Assembly: GCA_016186955.1 (NCBI GenBank)
Contig: JACPKP010000003.1
Coordinates: forward strand, 66,290-130,289
Length of the DNA stretch: 64,000 nt
Direction of reading: 5' to 3'
DNA from: Candidatus Daviesbacteria bacterium
GTDB taxonomy: Bacteria > Patescibacteriota > Microgenomatia > Daviesbacterales > UBA10151
Numbering within the stretch: position 1 is the first letter of the stretch; every line of letters starts with the position of its first letter. Position numbers and translations under genes: made by a program. This document shows positions 28,572-37,529 of this stretch, in pieces. Below the pieces are notes generated by a model, which worked only from the letters and a program-made list of their open reading frames with translations, was not told the DNA's origin and searched no databases.

Positions 28572-31411
28572 GAAAAACAGTAAAATTTTTGGTTGAGGTA
28601 ATTTTATTCCTATTGGCGGCCGGGATCATTGCAGCAACTTTCCTGCCAATAGCTAACTGGTATTTTAGTGCAACACCCCTTTGGGGTGTTGATTTTTACT
28701 ACACTGCTACAATTGTAAATTTGATTCAAGCAAACCTGACGATACCACCATTAGGATGGGGGTATGCGTGGTTTAGCGGGTGGCCGATAGTTTCTAATTA
28801 TCCTATTTTACATTATTACATCATACTCGCCTTCACACATTTCTTTGATCTTATTTCAGCAATAAAAATTTGGATGCTGACAAGCCTTTTTATCTATTTT
28901 TTAGGATGCTACATAGTTTTTTACCAGCTTTGTAAAAACTGGGCGGTTTCAACAGTTTTATCTATTGGAGGAATTTATTCTGTTGGAGTATACGGAACGC
29001 TGATGTGGGGGGGGAGTTTGCCCTCCCATGCAACCCAGGCTTTTTTCCCCTGGGTTTTGTTTTTACTGATTTGCTACCTTAAAAACAACCAGACGAAGTT
29101 TCTTCTTTTGGGGGCTCTTCTGACCGGCATCTCCATTTTGGCGCATCCCCAGATAGTCATTGCTTATATTTATCCCTCGTCCTTCATACTTTTTATAACC
29201 TGGTTTGGAAGAATAAAATTGATTAACCGGATAAAATCATATGTTTTCTATTTTATAGTGTCATTTATTGTTGGTTTACCCGGATTCTATGTCGTTTTTT
29301 TGAAGGCGTTGCAAAGTATAGTTAACATTCATGCCAATAAAATTGCTGCATCAACGGTTACTGTTTCGCAAAAAGCGGTAAATGAGATTGAAGCTTTCAG
29401 TAGGGCCCAGCCGCTGAGGATTTTTCATGATACCAATACCGCCGTCTTCATTTTGCTTGGCGCAGCTTTAGCATTTTTTCTATTGGGGTTGATTTTACGG
29501 GTTTCAAAACAACGGCTTCTTGATGTCTTACCTGTTGTTTTTTTGGCGGGTTGGTTAACCGCCTATATATGGATGTTCGCATATGGGATTTCTATCTATC
29601 ACGGAGGTTGGTACCGTCTTTTTTGGACAACACCCCTTTGGTTAGGTATGGTAGTTGCTGTTTTTTGGGGATATTTCCAGCATTCATTGAAAGACAGGCT
29701 AGTTGTTCATTGGCATTTTAAAGGGATGATTGTAATAGTGAGTTTTCTGATTCTTGGCGGAGGTTTATATCTGGTGCTTTATTTTTCATCAGGATTTAAG
29801 GAGAGAGTAATTGCTAGAAGTACGCCGTCTTCAGCTTTTCCTGATGTTTTGAACTTAAGGGTTGATCCAGATGGGAGAGAGCAGTTGAAAACCGAGCTTG
29901 TGCCCAATTGGCTTGACCCCCAGCGCACTGATTACAGGCTTTATGGTTCTGACCAGACTGTTAATATCTGGTGGAATTCCCTTTATAAGATGCCTCTTGC
30001 GCGTGGGTATTTTGATCCGCCAAGCTCCTCTGAATATACTTTTTGGCTGGATGCTGCATTAAGCCAAGATAGTTCAACCGGAGAAGACCAATTAGCAGGC
30101 TCTTTTAAGTATCCGAAAGAGATTGCTTTCAACAATTCACTATTTTTGGTTGACTGGTATGCTGTTAAATTCGCGGAAGCCGGGCATGCAAGTCCCACGG
30201 TGTATGCACCGTTACCCAAAAGCCTGACTGATAAAAATTTGCTTGTTAATGAGCAGGAATTAGAGTTTAATAAGGAAAAATATAATAAGTTGAACCTGGT
30301 TCTCCACTATTTTGAGTTTAAAGATGAGTTAGTATCACCGATCCTTACAGCTACAAATGCCCCGGTCTTGTGCATTTTTGGTTCCGACCAGGGTTTTGGA
30401 ACCATTATCAGAGGGCTTGCGGATCTTAACCTGTCTTCACAACAGGTCATACCTTTAAAATTTGGTAAGTATCTGGATAAAATTAGCTTAAGCGATTTAC
30501 GCTTATGTGACGCTGTCATAATTTACGATTATGATTATCAGGATAAAGCGAAAGCATTCAGGCAGATAAGCGACTATGTTAAAAAAGGAGGCAAGGTATT
30601 CATAGATACCGGCGGGGAGGTTAAACAGTCTGAGGATAAAGGTCCTCTGCCGGATTTTTTTCCCATTGATAAAACTTACAGAAAGCCGTTAGGCAGGACT
30701 TGGGAGTTTGAGGTCGCAGATGATCCTATAACAAGAGATGTTGACTTTTCTACTTTTGATCCGCCAATTTTTGATGGGTCAGAATGGAATCTGTCTTTTC
30801 CCCAACAACCTGACGATGTACGGCAAAATGCAGTAATTTTATTGAAGAATCACACGAAGCCCATATTGGTTTCAGAAAATATCGAAAATGGTTTTGTTTT
30901 TTGGAGCGGGATGAACCTGCCTTACCACATCATCCGTAACCATAATACAAACGAGTTGGTATTTTTTAAAAAAATTATTGAAAAATTGATCGGGTCTGAA
31001 AAACCTACACCACCTCAATCTACCGTAAAATTTATTTCAGCCGGTAAACGCGAGCTTTCTACCTCAGGCGCCAGGGGCGTTTTATTTAAAGAACAGGCTT
31101 ATGACGGATGGAATGCAGTATGGACGGAAAACGGTAGAAACAGGGATCTTAAAGTGTATAAAGCCGGACCGGCAGATCCTGGATTTATTTTTGTGCGCCT
31201 TCCTGCCGGGTCCGGTACGGGAAAGCTCATCTTTTCCTATAACGGTTCAGGTAATACCTGGTTGGTTACGCTTTTATCAGTAACACTTTTTATATTAATT
31301 TTGGATGAGGTAATTTTTGGGGAAAAACTGTTGGGGGGAGCAAGACGTTGGATTTGGAGGAAATTCCACCACCGTTTAACCGGTTGGTGGGGTAGGGAAG
31401 ATGAAATTTAG
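28568..31411 (+). CDS. Large GT-C-like membrane protein (about 947 aa); paralog of 25650..28571 (ORF track start 28547; ATGA overlap favours 28568)
   Basis: Same architecture and conserved blocks as the upstream gene. C-terminal TM helix WLVTLLSVTLFILILDEVIF. Confidence 0.5.
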   Translation: MRKTVKFLVEVILFLLAAGIIAATFLPIANWYFSATPLWGVDFYYTATIVNLIQANLTIPPLGWGYAWFSGWPIVSNYPILHYYIILAFTHFFDLISAIKIWMLTSLFIYFLGCYIVFYQLCKNWAVSTVLSIGGIYSVGVYGTLMWGGSLPSHATQAFFPWVLFLLICYLKNNQTKFLLLGALLTGISILAHPQIVIAYIYPSSFILFITWFGRIKLINRIKSYVFYFIVSFIVGLPGFYVVFLKALQSIVNIHANKIAASTVTVSQKAVNEIEAFSRAQPLRIFHDTNTAVFILLGAALAFFLLGLILRVSKQRLLDVLPVVFLAGWLTAYIWMFAYGISIYHGGWYRLFWTTPLWLGMVVAVFWGYFQHSLKDRLVVHWHFKGMIVIVSFLILGGGLYLVLYFSSGFKERVIARSTPSSAFPDVLNLRVDPDGREQLKTELVPNWLDPQRTDYRLYGSDQTVNIWWNSLYKMPLARGYFDPPSSSEYTFWLDAALSQDSSTGEDQLAGSFKYPKEIAFNNSLFLVDWYAVKFAEAGHASPTVYAPLPKSLTDKNLLVNEQELEFNKEKYNKLNLVLHYFEFKDELVSPILTATNAPVLCIFGSDQGFGTIIRGLADLNLSSQQVIPLKFGKYLDKISLSDLRLCDAVIIYDYDYQDKAKAFRQISDYVKKGGKVFIDTGGEVKQSEDKGPLPDFFPIDKTYRKPLGRTWEFEVADDPITRDVDFSTFDPPIFDGSEWNLSFPQQPDDVRQNAVILLKNHTKPILVSENIENGFVFWSGMNLPYHIIRNHNTNELVFFKKIIEKLIGSEKPTPPQSTVKFISAGKRELSTSGARGVLFKEQAYDGWNAVWTENGRNRDLKVYKAGPADPGFIFVRLPAGSGTGKLIFSYNGSGNTWLVTLLSVTLFILILDEVIFGEKLLGGARRWIWRKFHHRLTGWWGREDEI

Positions 31412-32313
31412 TAAAATCTACGTACTAGTCGTCTAGCATTTAATGTATTTTTAAGGTTTAAAATATTCCAATAAAGTCCTTTTATAAGTGGAATATAAGT
31501 TTTAACTGACGAATTAAAGTTTTCAAAAGCGATTACTATACTAAATTGGAAAGCCAAGGAAGAAACAATCTGGAAAACTGTTGCGTGTTTAAACATACAA
31601 CGCCATTTACTTCGGTATTTTATTGTGGCTATATCTTCCCAGCGGATTTCCCTATAAGCTGTTTTTGAGCTTATGTGGTAAAAAACAGCATTTGGGTTGT
31701 ATAAAACCTTAAATCCTGCCCGTTTGGTTCTGATGCAATAATCAATATCTTCAAAATATAGAAAAAAACCCTCGTCTAGCGAACCAATTTTATTTATAAG
31801 TTTCCTGCGGACAAAAAAACCTCCCGCGGGTGGAATGTCGCACTCCCGGATGCTGTCTAAATTATTTAAATCGTATTGGTGATATCCAAGATATGGGTTG
31901 ATCCTTAACCCGTTAAACCCAATTGTGCCACCCTTTTGGTTGTAACACTTACCGCCAATTATCCCAATTTTAGGATTGGACTCTGCCAATTGAACCATCT
32001 TGGTGAAAAAATCTTTGTCAAAAATAACGTCGTTGTTTGAAAATAAGATATAATCACTTTTTGTTTTTTTTACTGCAAGATTTACAGCCTTAGAATATCC
32101 TAAATTTTTTGGTTGACATATGATTTTTACCCATGGAAAATTTTTCTTTATCAGAGCAGGTGTATTATCAGAAGAATTATTGTCAATAACCCAAACCTCC
32201 AACTTATTTTTAGGATAACTGACCTGTTGTAAAGATTTAAGGCATCTTTTCGTATCCTGCCAGCCGTTAAAGGTGGGGAAAATGACTGAAATTTTTTCAT
32301 TAGAAATTTTCAT
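31408..32313 (-). CDS. Glycosyltransferase family 2; paralog of 42536..43426
   Basis: ISVIFPTFNG...LEVWVIDNNSSDNT...ILFSNNDVIFDKD. C-terminal GLYWNILNLKNTLNAR is shared with 42536..43426. Confidence 0.7.
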   Translation of the reverse strand: MKISNEKISVIFPTFNGWQDTKRCLKSLQQVSYPKNKLEVWVIDNNSSDNTPALIKKNFPWVKIICQPKNLGYSKAVNLAVKKTKSDYILFSNNDVIFDKDFFTKMVQLAESNPKIGIIGGKCYNQKGGTIGFNGLRINPYLGYHQYDLNNLDSIRECDIPPAGGFFVRRKLINKIGSLDEGFFLYFEDIDYCIRTKRAGFKVLYNPNAVFYHISSKTAYREIRWEDIATIKYRSKWRCMFKHATVFQIVSSLAFQFSIVIAFENFNSSVKTYIPLIKGLYWNILNLKNTLNARRLVRRFY

Positions 32314-34643
32314 GTTCGTAATTCTTTCATTGCAATTTGCAAGATTGCAGCAAATTTTAACGAGATTTTCTCCCAGGTTAGTTTAGAGGCCTGAAACTCT
32401 GCCTTTTTTGATAAATGAATGCGGTATATATTATCAGTTAAAATACGGATAACCTTATTTGCAAAATCATAATAATCCCCAAGGGGAACTTTCCGGTAGC
32501 CTTTTTTGTAAACTGTTTCCAACACCCCTATGTCCCATCCTATCACCGGGAGTTTGGCTGCCATAGCTTCGCCTACAGCTAATCCCCACCCTGCTTCATG
32601 ATCGGTAAACAGAAAAACTTTAGCAGTTTTAAGAATTGACCATACCTTTGGCTGTGGGATAAATCCCAAAAGCTTAATATTATCTCCAAGGCCAAAATTT
32701 TTTATCTGCAGCCTAAGCTCTCTTAAGATATTATTTGGACCGGGTCCAATAACTGCCAGCTTGGCTTGGGGGGACTTCTTTGTTACTTCAACCCAAATCT
32801 TAGGTAAATCAAAAATGCCTTTAGTAGGATGCAATCTTCCCAAAAAAACACCGTCATATTTTTTTCTCCAAGCAGGACGAAATGATTTGATTGCCTGATA
32901 ATCTACCCCCCCTCCCAAAACAATCACTTTTTGAGCATTAAACCCTGATTCGTGAAGCTGATTTTTAAGGTTTTGGTTTAGCGCTATGATTAAATCAGCT
33001 TTTTGTTTAATTGCTTGAAGAGAAACCCATTGCAGGAATGACGAGCCTAAATTTACCCAGAGCCTGCCGGGTCTTTTAAAAGGGGAGGGAGATAGGTGGT
33101 GGATTCTTGCTATCCAATATACGCCGGCTTTTTTGGTAAGATAAGCCGGTAATATATCGGGTAAGATACTTGTTGAAGAATATATAATTTTAGATTCTGA
33201 AATTTTCTTGAGTAACTTAGTTGAGGAGATAATCCTTAAAAGATAAGTTATAAATACCCCCCATGGTCCAGTATGATTATCAAAAACAGTCCTCTTTAAT
33301 TTTATTAAGTTTATCTTGAGCCCTGATTGGACCCAATGGCTAGTATTGGTTTCCGGCAAAACCACACTAATTTTAGGGGCAAGTGCGAGTCTTTTCGCCA
33401 TTTCCACAAGTAACAAATCACCTCCGGCTATACCGGATTGTGCAATATGCCCGGTTTCTAAAGCAATAAATTTGGGTTGGTGGTGTTTTAGAATGTCGTT
33501 TATTAATTTAACTAAGCTTAGGGTATGTTGCAAATGTGTATAGTAAAGTTTAACTAATTTGGCAGCTTCCACCCCCATTTTGTAGGCCCGACGCTCATCC
33601 TTCAAAAGAATTTCCACAAACTTTTTTAAAATATTAGCTGAAATTTGATTAGGGAAAAAGCCATGCTTATTATTTTGGAATAGTTCAGTGATTCCTGATC
33701 GCTTGGGAATGATAATGGGAATTCCCAAGCTGGCAGCTTCCAGCGCAGACAGAGAAAAAGCTTCAAAATGGGGATGAATCCAAACCCTGGCTTGGTTACA
33801 AATCATCTCCAACTCGTTTTGTTTGTAGCCTGTTATCAAGGTGACCCTATTCTGCAGCTGTTTTTGTTTGATAAGCTTTCTAAACCAGGTAAGATTGTGT
33901 TTACTGCTCCATGTGCCTGCAATAATAAGCTCTGTTTGGGGAAGTTGTTCTAAGAGCTCAAGTAAAATATCCAGATTTTTTTCTCTGTCCCAACGGCCAA
34001 AAGAAATAATCTTGTCACCCCTTTTTTTTGGTAAATTTTTAGGAGGATTAACCCCCAGGTAGAGTATTGTTGGATTGACCCGGTAGGAGTTTTTAATAAA
34101 GTTTGCATGTACGGTGGAATCTACCAGACACAGGTTTGAAGCCTGTATAAAATGTTTTTCTAAAAATGACGCGATGGGTTTAATAATAGGGAAGAATAAA
34201 CGCAGCATTGTTTCTGAATATACTTTTTCCAAAATATAAACCATAGGGTCATGGATAACAGCGATATAGGGGATATGGCGGAAATGGCAAAGAGCCCAAA
34301 TAGTAAGAGAAGTTGTAGTCCCGTGGCTAATAATTATATCAAATTCTTTAGGGCCTACTTTTATAGGCGCTAAAATGGGGCTTACAAGGTGTAAACTGGA
34401 CAGGAATTTAAAAATAGGCAGTTTAAAACTGGACTGTAAAATTTTTGGATACCTGTCTGAGAGAAATTCATGTGGTATGTTTGCAACAAGATAACTATTC
34501 CTTTTTTCAAAACCCCTGCGCATTAATATTAAAAGGGTTGCATGAAATCCCAATTTGTTTAATTCCTTTACTTCTTCAATCGCAGCTTTCTGTACGCCTC
34601 CAGGTAAGATTTGATCAATAACTACTGCAATTTTTGGTTTCAT
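32310..34643 (-). CDS. Tandem two-domain GT4 glycosyltransferase (777 aa)
   Basis: Two GT-B C-terminal signatures: FEAFSLSALEAASLGIPIIIP and EAGWGLAVGEAMAAKLPVIGWD. Confidence 0.7.
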   Translation of the reverse strand: MKPKIAVVIDQILPGGVQKAAIEEVKELNKLGFHATLLILMRRGFEKRNSYLVANIPHEFLSDRYPKILQSSFKLPIFKFLSSLHLVSPILAPIKVGPKEFDIIISHGTTTSLTIWALCHFRHIPYIAVIHDPMVYILEKVYSETMLRLFFPIIKPIASFLEKHFIQASNLCLVDSTVHANFIKNSYRVNPTILYLGVNPPKNLPKKRGDKIISFGRWDREKNLDILLELLEQLPQTELIIAGTWSSKHNLTWFRKLIKQKQLQNRVTLITGYKQNELEMICNQARVWIHPHFEAFSLSALEAASLGIPIIIPKRSGITELFQNNKHGFFPNQISANILKKFVEILLKDERRAYKMGVEAAKLVKLYYTHLQHTLSLVKLINDILKHHQPKFIALETGHIAQSGIAGGDLLLVEMAKRLALAPKISVVLPETNTSHWVQSGLKINLIKLKRTVFDNHTGPWGVFITYLLRIISSTKLLKKISESKIIYSSTSILPDILPAYLTKKAGVYWIARIHHLSPSPFKRPGRLWVNLGSSFLQWVSLQAIKQKADLIIALNQNLKNQLHESGFNAQKVIVLGGGVDYQAIKSFRPAWRKKYDGVFLGRLHPTKGIFDLPKIWVEVTKKSPQAKLAVIGPGPNNILRELRLQIKNFGLGDNIKLLGFIPQPKVWSILKTAKVFLFTDHEAGWGLAVGEAMAAKLPVIGWDIGVLETVYKKGYRKVPLGDYYDFANKVIRILTDNIYRIHLSKKAEFQASKLTWEKISLKFAAILQIAMKELRT

Positions 34644-35350
34644 GAATTATTCTTTTGGGCAGCTACCCAAAAACTGTCCCTGATCAAAGCCAATGGGGAG
34701 GACCAAAGTAGGTAAACAAACAAGATCTTAATTGGAGTAGGCAGATCCCAATAGAAAGGTGTATTATAAGCAGTTTTGAAATTAAATTTAATTTTTTTAA
34801 ACCGTACTTTTTTTAAATCTTTTGCTAAAGAAAAAGGTGTATAAAAATTAATGTGTGTCGGGTCGGAATACCCAAACCACCTTTTGCCCCGATAAAGCCT
34901 GACAGGGGATAATAAGTTGGGAGTCACAATGAAAATAATTCCATTAGGTTTTAATATTCTCTTTGCTTCCTTTAGAAAAATATTAACCTGTTTTTTAGTT
35001 AGGTGTTCAATAACAGAGATAGAAGTAATCATATCAAAAGTAGCCCGTTTAAAGGGCAACTTTGTTGCATCTGCTTTTATAAATTTTTTCTTAGCAGATT
35101 TTACGGCAAATTTTCTGGCAATTTTTATCGCTTCTATACTACTGTCAGTACCAATAACGTCAAACCTATTTTGATTTAAATAATTTACGATTTTTCCCGT
35201 TCCGCATCCGACATCCAGAATTTTTTTAAAATTATTTTTTTCCAGAAGAATTCTAATAGTATAAGCTATGCGTTCGTCGAGATAATCCCTATCTTCGAAA
35301 TATTTTTTATTGTAGTGTTTTTTTAATGATTTTTTCATATTGTTTAGCAC
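34640..35350 (-). CDS. Class I SAM-dependent methyltransferase
   Basis: ILDVGCGTGKIV then VIGTDSS. Confidence 0.7.
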   Translation of the reverse strand: MLNNMKKSLKKHYNKKYFEDRDYLDERIAYTIRILLEKNNFKKILDVGCGTGKIVNYLNQNRFDVIGTDSSIEAIKIARKFAVKSAKKKFIKADATKLPFKRATFDMITSISVIEHLTKKQVNIFLKEAKRILKPNGIIFIVTPNLLSPVRLYRGKRWFGYSDPTHINFYTPFSLAKDLKKVRFKKIKFNFKTAYNTPFYWDLPTPIKILFVYLLWSSPLALIRDSFWVAAQKNNS

Positions 35351-36440
35351 ACCTTTTCCAGCTGAAAAAAAGTGTTTTTAGTTTAGCATTTTGTCCTAAC
35401 TTTTGCCTAAATTGATCATTTTCTATGAGTATTTGTAAATAGTTTCTGAACTCTTCCGGTGTTTTGGCAATAAAACCCGTTTTACCATGGTCAATCAGTT
35501 CCTTTGCTGCTGCCAGATCCATGGAAACTGTGGGGATGTCAAATTGTGCAGCTTCCATGATGGGCAGGCCAAAATAAAGGTATTTATCCCCACAAGCATA
35601 AATATCAGACCTTTGGTAAAGTTTTGCCAGCTTTCCGTCTGTTGGGTCGATAATAATTCTGACCATTTCTCCGCCAATTTTTTTGAGATATTTTATATAA
35701 TTTTTTTTGGGTTGCGACCCTACTATCGTGAATTTAATTTTTTTGTCAGAATTAATTTTTTTTAAAGCGTTAATTATAAAATGGAAACCCTTATAAGGAG
35801 TAATCCTGGAAACGGAAATAACAGTGATATATTTTTTAGGAGTTTGTATGACATTCTTTGCAAGTAAAGAAGTAGCGCCTAAATACACTGAGCAATCTAC
35901 TTTTCTGCTAAATAACCTCTCACCTTGTTTTGCCGCAAACTTACTAATAGCTACAATTTTTGATGATAGCTTAAATGATATTAACTCGGTTAAGTATATT
36001 ACTAAATTGCCTAATTGATTGATTAGAGTATCAAAAATATTGGTTTTCTCATCAGGGGATTTATTTTCCAGTAACGCATCCAATTGGATACCCATAAAAA
36101 GGCGGATTATAGGGATTCCTGAAAGTTTACCGGCTAAAAAAAATGGTAATGTACCGGCAAAGATCAATACCTCGGGTTTATCTTTTCTCAAGATTTTATA
36201 TAGAAAGACGGCAGATATATATTTACCAATGATTGGAGTTTTATTTTGAGTGAATGTGACGATTTTGACTCTATCTCTTTGCAAATTTTTTTCAGTCTCA
36301 ACATCCCGCATCGTGTCATAAGCATACGTTGTGACATTATGTCCAAGTATTGCCAGGTGTTTTCCGATCTCCAGTGGCGCCCTGGAGCCTGAGTGGCCAT
36401 TTATTATTTCCGTCAAAAGCCCAATTCTTATTTTTTTCAA
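35307..36440 (-). CDS. Glycosyltransferase family 4
   Basis: FTIVGSQP...SDIYACGDKYLYFGLPIMEAAQFDIPTVS...GKTGF. Confidence 0.65.
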   Translation of the reverse strand: MKKIRIGLLTEIINGHSGSRAPLEIGKHLAILGHNVTTYAYDTMRDVETEKNLQRDRVKIVTFTQNKTPIIGKYISAVFLYKILRKDKPEVLIFAGTLPFFLAGKLSGIPIIRLFMGIQLDALLENKSPDEKTNIFDTLINQLGNLVIYLTELISFKLSSKIVAISKFAAKQGERLFSRKVDCSVYLGATSLLAKNVIQTPKKYITVISVSRITPYKGFHFIINALKKINSDKKIKFTIVGSQPKKNYIKYLKKIGGEMVRIIIDPTDGKLAKLYQRSDIYACGDKYLYFGLPIMEAAQFDIPTVSMDLAAAKELIDHGKTGFIAKTPEEFRNYLQILIENDQFRQKLGQNAKLKTLFFSWKRCAKQYEKIIKKTLQ

Positions 36441-37495
36441 CTTTTGTATAAATTACAAAGATCATCCATAATCTTGTTATTATCAAAAGTAATATTCCAT
36501 TTAGGGTATTTTTTTCTGAATTTGCCGGAGGAATAAATACACCATTTATGGTCACCCCGCCGGGTTTGATCAGAATACTCGATATCTGCCTTTTTATTTA
36601 ATTTTTTTTCAGCCATAGTTACCGCTTCCAAAATTGAATTGTTTGAAGACCTGCCCCCGCCGATGTTGTAAGCTTCGCCGTATGAGCCGCTTGGATCCTG
36701 ATAAACCTGCCAGAAGGCATTAACCAAGTCGTATGCATGAATATTGTCGCGCACCTGTTTCCCTTTATATCCGTTAATAATATATTTTCCCCCGGTTGCG
36801 ATACATTTAACGAGGTAAGCCAAGAAACCGTGTAGTTTTGCTCCTTTGTGTGCAGATCCTGTTATACAAACCGGCCTGAAAATTGCAATTGGAAGATTAA
36901 AATAGTGCCCATATTCCCCGGCCATAATATCCCCGCATGCTTTGGATGCGCCAAATAATGAATGAAGGTTACCGTCTAACCTGCCAAAAGATTCATCAAC
37001 TCCGCCATAGTATTTATGATTTTTGGGTAAATCATACCTGGTTTTTAATTCTTTTAAAGGTAAGCTATTGACCGAATCACCATAAACTTTAGAGGAAGAG
37101 CAATGGATAAATATGGCTTTGGGGGATAGTTGCCGGTAAACTTCCAGTAAATTCATTGTGGTTGAAGCATTTAGTTCGAAATCTTCTATTGCATGGTTGG
37201 TTGACCACTCATGAGCCGGTTGGCCGGCACATGCCCCGATCATGTCGAATGGCCCATATTTTTTAAATATAGATTTCAGTTTAGGGAAATCCCTAAGGTC
37301 TAAGTTTATATGGGAATAATTTGTATACTTTAATTTCAATTCCTTACCAACTGGGGTAGTTGAGCACTCAGGCCCGAATAAGTATTTTCTTGTATTATTA
37401 TCAATGCCAAAAACCACCCATTTTTTTTTGGCAAAAAACTTTACCATTTCCGAACCAACCAGGCCGTGTGATCCCGTAACCAGTAACCTTTTCAT
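36437..37495 (-). CDS. NAD-dependent sugar epimerase (extended SDR; CDP-paratose 2-epimerase/CDP-tyvelose epimerase-like)
   Basis: LLVTGSHGLVGS Rossmann motif. Blocks INGYKGKQVRDNIHAYDL and YNIGGGRSSN resemble the RfbE family. Confidence 0.55.
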   Translation of the reverse strand: MKRLLVTGSHGLVGSEMVKFFAKKKWVVFGIDNNTRKYLFGPECSTTPVGKELKLKYTNYSHINLDLRDFPKLKSIFKKYGPFDMIGACAGQPAHEWSTNHAIEDFELNASTTMNLLEVYRQLSPKAIFIHCSSSKVYGDSVNSLPLKELKTRYDLPKNHKYYGGVDESFGRLDGNLHSLFGASKACGDIMAGEYGHYFNLPIAIFRPVCITGSAHKGAKLHGFLAYLVKCIATGGKYIINGYKGKQVRDNIHAYDLVNAFWQVYQDPSGSYGEAYNIGGGRSSNNSILEAVTMAEKKLNKKADIEYSDQTRRGDHKWCIYSSGKFRKKYPKWNITFDNNKIMDDLCNLYKS

Positions 37496-37529
37496 ATATT
37501 TATTCTTTATGAAAGTTTTAACATATTTG

